DNA of 44,868 bases from Candidatus Onthousia faecipullorum (GTDB taxonomy: Bacteria > Bacillota_I > Bacilli_A > RF39 > UBA660): NCBI GenBank assembly GCA_018715925.1, contig DVKQ01000002.1:1-44868 (forward strand), in the 5' to 3' direction. A model generated the notes under the pieces. That model was not told the origin of the DNA, did not search any database, and was given only the letters and a program-made list of their open reading frames with translations. Of this stretch, positions 41,855 to 44,868 are shown piece after piece (the stretch's first letter is position 1; every line of letters begins with the position of its first letter). A program made the position numbers and the translations under genes.

Positions 41855-41909
41855 TTTTAAAAAAAACTAGCAGTGTGGTACAATAAATAAAGAAAGAGTG
41901 GTTAGTAAG

Positions 41910-44540
41910 ATGAAAAAAATAATATTAGTTGATGGAAATAATCTTTTATTTAGAAGTTATTATGCTACTAGTTATAGTGGAGTAATTATGAGAAATTCTA
42001 AAGGTTTTCCTACTAATGGTTTATATGGTTTTATTAATATGATGAATAAAATTATTGAAGAAGAAAAACCAAGTTACATTATGGTAGCTTTCGATAAAGG
42101 TAAGACCTTTAGACATGAGAAATATGATGAATATAAAGCAGGAAGAAGGGAAATGCCAGATGATTTAAGGCTCCAATTTCCTAAAGCTAAAGAAGTTCTT
42201 GATGCTTTAGGTATTAAACATTTTGAAATAGATAATTATGAAGCGGATGATATCATTGGTACTATTGCTAAAGAAGTAGATGAAGAAGATGAATTTATCG
42301 CTACAATTATCTCTAGTGATAAAGACTTACTTCAATTAATTAGTGATGAAGTAGATGTAAAACTATTAAAGACTAAAGGCTTTGTTAGATTTAATAGAGA
42401 AGTATTTAGGGAAACATATAAAGTAGAACCTATTAATATGATTGATCTTAAAGCATTAATGGGAGATATGTCTGATCATATACCAGGTGTTAAAGGTATT
42501 GGTGAGAAAACTGCTATTAATCTTTTAGAAAAATATAAGACTTTAAATAATTTATATAATCATCTTGATGAGTTAACTCCTAAGACTAGAGAAAAATTAG
42601 AAAGTGATAAAGAAAATGCTTATATGAGTTATGATCTTGCAACTATATATAGAGATGTAGATATTCCATTTAGTTTAGAAGATTGTAAATATAAGGGATT
42701 TAATAGAAAAGAATATATAGAGATTCTAGAAGAATTGGAGTTTAAATCTTTACTTAAAAAAGTTAATAGTATAGATTCAAATAGTATAGAAGATAATGAT
42801 ACTAATGATGGTGATAAAAAAATAGAAGTAAAAGAGATAGATATTAAAGACTTTGATAGTAGTAAAGAATATTCCTTTTATATAGAAATGGATGCTTATA
42901 ACTATAATGAATCAGTTATTATAGGAGTTAGTTTTACAAATGATAGTGGTACTTGTTTTATAAAAGGAGAAGAGGTTGTTAACTATAAAGCATTATTTGA
43001 AAATGATACTCCTAAATCTACTTATGATGTTAAGAAGTGTTACATTCTATTAAATAAACTAGGTATAAAATTAAATAACTGTAACTATGATGCCATGATT
43101 GCATCATACCTTTTAGACTATAAAATGAATGATGATATTACTACTTTAATGAAAGATTTAAATGTAGAGATTAAGTCTTTTGAAGATACTTATGGAACTT
43201 TAAAAAGAAGAAAGAAAGTAGAGTTAGAAGAAACAATAAATCAGTGTAATTTAAAGAGTAGTTTTATCTATAATACTAAAAGTGATTTCTTACTTAAAAT
43301 AGATGAGTATGGTGAGACTAAATTATTTAGTGAAATAGAAATGCCTCTAGCATATGTTCTTACTGATATGGAGTTAACGGGTATTAGAGTAGATAAATAT
43401 TATTTATTAAAACTTAAAGATGAATTAGAAGTTAAAATAAAAGATATGGAAAAAGACATATATAATGATGTTGGTTGTACTTTTAATATAAGTTCTCCTA
43501 AACAATTAGGTGAAGTGTTATTTGAAAAGTTAGAATTACCTTATCCTAAAAAGAGAAAGAAAGATGAAAAAGGTTACTCTACTGGTAGAGATATTTTAGA
43601 TAAGGTAAGTCCATATCATCCTGTTGTAAATAAAGTATTAGAATATAGAATGTTAACAAAACTTTATGCTAACTATGTAGTTGGTCTTTTAGATAAGATA
43701 AAAGAAGATGGTAAAGTCCATACAATCTTTAATCAATGTTTAACTAGAACAGGAAGACTTTCATCAACTGAACCTAATTTACAAAATATCCCTATTAGAA
43801 GTGATTATACAAGATTAATTAGAAAAGCATTTATACCAGAAGATAACTCTATTATTATGAGTTCTGATTATTCACAAATAGAGCTTAGAGTCTTTGCTTC
43901 ACTATCTAAAGCGACTAACTTAATACAAGCCTTTAAAGAAGATAAAGACATTCACTCTAAGACTGCTAGTGATATTTTTAAAGTAGATATTAAAGATGTA
44001 GATAAATCTATGAGAAGGACTGCTAAAGCCGTTAATTTTGGTATTCTTTATGGTATTAGTAGTTTTGGTCTATCAGAAGATTTAAAGATAGATGTAGGTA
44101 GTGCTAAGAAGTTTATGGATAACTATTTAGAGACTTATCCAGGTATTAGTGAATATATGGATAAAGAAAAAAGAGAAGCTTATAAAAATGGTTATGTTAC
44201 TACTATTATGAATAGAAGAAGAATTATTGATGAGTTAAAGAGTAGTAACTATATGGTAAGAAGTGGAGGAGAGAGAATGGCTCTTAATACTCCAATTCAA
44301 GGAAGTGCTGCCGATATACTTAAAAAAGCGATGGTAGATTTACATAGAGAAATGACTAAAAGAGATTTAAAAAGTAAAATTCTTATTCAAGTACACGATG
44401 AACTTGTCTTAAACGTTTATAAAGATGAGTTAGATGAAGTTAAAGAATTAGTAAGAGATAAGATGGAAAATGTTATTAAGTTAGATGTACCTTTAAAAGT
44501 AGATATTGAAACAGGTAATGATTGGTATGAAGCTAAGTAG
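41910..44540 (+). CDS. polA: DNA polymerase I
   Basis: 5'-nuclease N-terminus (ILVDGNNLLFRSYYA, GVKGIGEKTA) and pol motifs DYSQIELRV, RRTAKAVNFGILYG and QVHDELV. I prefer the ATG at 41910 to the GTG at 41898. Confidence 0.95.
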   Translation: MKKIILVDGNNLLFRSYYATSYSGVIMRNSKGFPTNGLYGFINMMNKIIEEEKPSYIMVAFDKGKTFRHEKYDEYKAGRREMPDDLRLQFPKAKEVLDALGIKHFEIDNYEADDIIGTIAKEVDEEDEFIATIISSDKDLLQLISDEVDVKLLKTKGFVRFNREVFRETYKVEPINMIDLKALMGDMSDHIPGVKGIGEKTAINLLEKYKTLNNLYNHLDELTPKTREKLESDKENAYMSYDLATIYRDVDIPFSLEDCKYKGFNRKEYIEILEELEFKSLLKKVNSIDSNSIEDNDTNDGDKKIEVKEIDIKDFDSSKEYSFYIEMDAYNYNESVIIGVSFTNDSGTCFIKGEEVVNYKALFENDTPKSTYDVKKCYILLNKLGIKLNNCNYDAMIASYLLDYKMNDDITTLMKDLNVEIKSFEDTYGTLKRRKKVELEETINQCNLKSSFIYNTKSDFLLKIDEYGETKLFSEIEMPLAYVLTDMELTGIRVDKYYLLKLKDELEVKIKDMEKDIYNDVGCTFNISSPKQLGEVLFEKLELPYPKKRKKDEKGYSTGRDILDKVSPYHPVVNKVLEYRMLTKLYANYVVGLLDKIKEDGKVHTIFNQCLTRTGRLSSTEPNLQNIPIRSDYTRLIRKAFIPEDNSIIMSSDYSQIELRVFASLSKATNLIQAFKEDKDIHSKTASDIFKVDIKDVDKSMRRTAKAVNFGILYGISSFGLSEDLKIDVGSAKKFMDNYLETYPGISEYMDKEKREAYKNGYVTTIMNRRRIIDELKSSNYMVRSGGERMALNTPIQGSAADILKKAMVDLHREMTKRDLKSKILIQVHDELVLNVYKDELDEVKELVRDKMENVIKLDVPLKVDIETGNDWYEAK

Positions 44541-44548
44541 GTGGAAAA

Positions 44549-44868
44549 ATGAAAGAACAAAATATTTATGATAATAATGAATTTTTTGAGAACTATCAAA
44601 AGCTAAGACAAAATAAAGGATTAACTGCAAATGATTTGATAGAAACACCTCAGCTCTTTGAATTAATTGGTGATGTTAAAGATAAAGAGATACTTGATTT
44701 AGGTTGTGGTGCAGGTAATAATGATAGAAAATTAATTGAAAAAGGTGCTAAAAGTGTATTAGGTATTGATTTATCAAAAAAAATGATAGAAGTAGCTAAT
44801 AAAGAGAATGATTTGGATAATATTGAATATAAAGTTATGTCAATGAATGATATTGATAAAATTAATAG
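44549..44868 (+). CDS. class I SAM-dependent methyltransferase (3' end lies outside the window)
   Basis: ATG follows AGGTGGA. Motif I is ILDLGCGAGNN. The ORF is open to the window edge and is not in the ORF track. Confidence 0.65.
   Translation, partial: MKEQNIYDNNEFFENYQKLRQNKGLTANDLIETPQLFELIGDVKDKEILDLGCGAGNNDRKLIEKGAKSVLGIDLSKKMIEVANKENDLDNIEYKVMSMNDIDKIN

Noticed and set aside
3179-41909. N-terminal extensions of track ORFs: 3179 (versus 3188), 7418 (versus 7439), 12190 (versus 12226), 14658 (versus 14712), 26965 (versus 27004), 37233 (versus 37305), 41602 (versus 41563) and 41898 (versus 41910).
   Set aside because: The internal starts have properly spaced SDs and match the expected protein N-termini (SSB MNKIILVGN, LexA MEKLTERQ, PolA MKKIILVDGNN, holin MEITYVV). 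The longer versions lack SDs or overlap upstream genes.
8487-44599. Antisense or alternate-frame ORFs in the supplied track: 8487-8687, 9640-9828, 10846-11109, 12111-12293, 19176-19415, 19693-19914, 20513-20704, 20520-20714, 21274-21468, 23172-23390, 23425-23616, 23663-23881, 23743-23931, 24644-24847, 26928-27227, 28924-29109, 30249-30440, 30280-30504, 30511-30732, 31120-31437, 36845-37036, 38204-38413 and 44417-44599.
   Set aside because: Each is nested within or opposite a longer gene that has recognisable homology or good SD and operon context. Their compositions are low-complexity and hydrophobic, as is typical of shadow ORFs in AT-rich DNA, and none has an SD.
1-44868. CRISPR arrays, rRNA genes, transposases/IS elements, reverse transcriptases (DGR or retron) and restriction endonucleases.
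   Set aside because: I saw no spaced direct-repeat arrays, no rRNA-like segments and no ORFs with the corresponding motifs on either strand.

Overview
This is a very AT-rich Firmicutes-type chromosome segment; I cannot assign a genus from sequence alone. The host flanks carry gltX (3' part), a HipA-like ORF, a PepC-like peptidase, a 3-gene cluster behind a putative LexA-box promoter, a hypothetical gene, tcdA, lexA, polA and a partial SAM-methyltransferase. Between them lies an apparently complete siphovirus-type prophage of about 34.6 kb (4632..39248). It is integrated into the 3' end of a tRNA that I fold as tRNA-Glu(CUC), and it is bounded by a 15-bp direct repeat (TGGTAGCCTGTACGG).

The prophage modules run in this order:
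- integrase
- ImmR/ImmA-type repressor plus protease, and a cro-like gene
- replication and recombination genes: DnaD-like organizer with internal iterons, DnaB-like helicase, Rad52-like annealase, HNH homing endonuclease, SSB, orphan DNA methyltransferase, NinB-like and NinG-like proteins
- about 15 small unknown ORFs and a late regulator
- terS, terL and portal
- a MuF head protein fused to an ADP-ribosyltransferase toxin domain
- scaffold, capsid and neck proteins, and the major tail protein
- a frameshifted tail chaperone, tape measure, Dit and baseplate proteins
- three paralogous fibre-like cassettes
- holin and a GH25-LysM endolysin

The most unusual signal concerns the start codons of the late genes. 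terS, portal, major capsid and major tail (possibly also the tape measure) have strong Shine-Dalgarno sites with no canonical start codon at the correct spacing. Each has an in-frame AAG there instead, and three of them share the identical string GTGATTTAAAAGG. Directly upstream of terS lies a tRNA-like cloverleaf with anticodon CUU and initiator-tRNA-type ends (5'-CGC...GCAACCA-3', giving a C1xA72 mismatch). I propose, as an untested hypothesis, a phage-encoded AAG-decoding initiator tRNA that gates virion gene translation.

Other notable items:
- a G11 homopolymer and (TC)5 leader in front of the fibre cassettes
- the MuF-ART toxin module
- an SOS-box promoter driving a paralog cluster next to attL
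- a small membrane ORF divergent from lexA
- a Cys-to-Ser PepC-like protein
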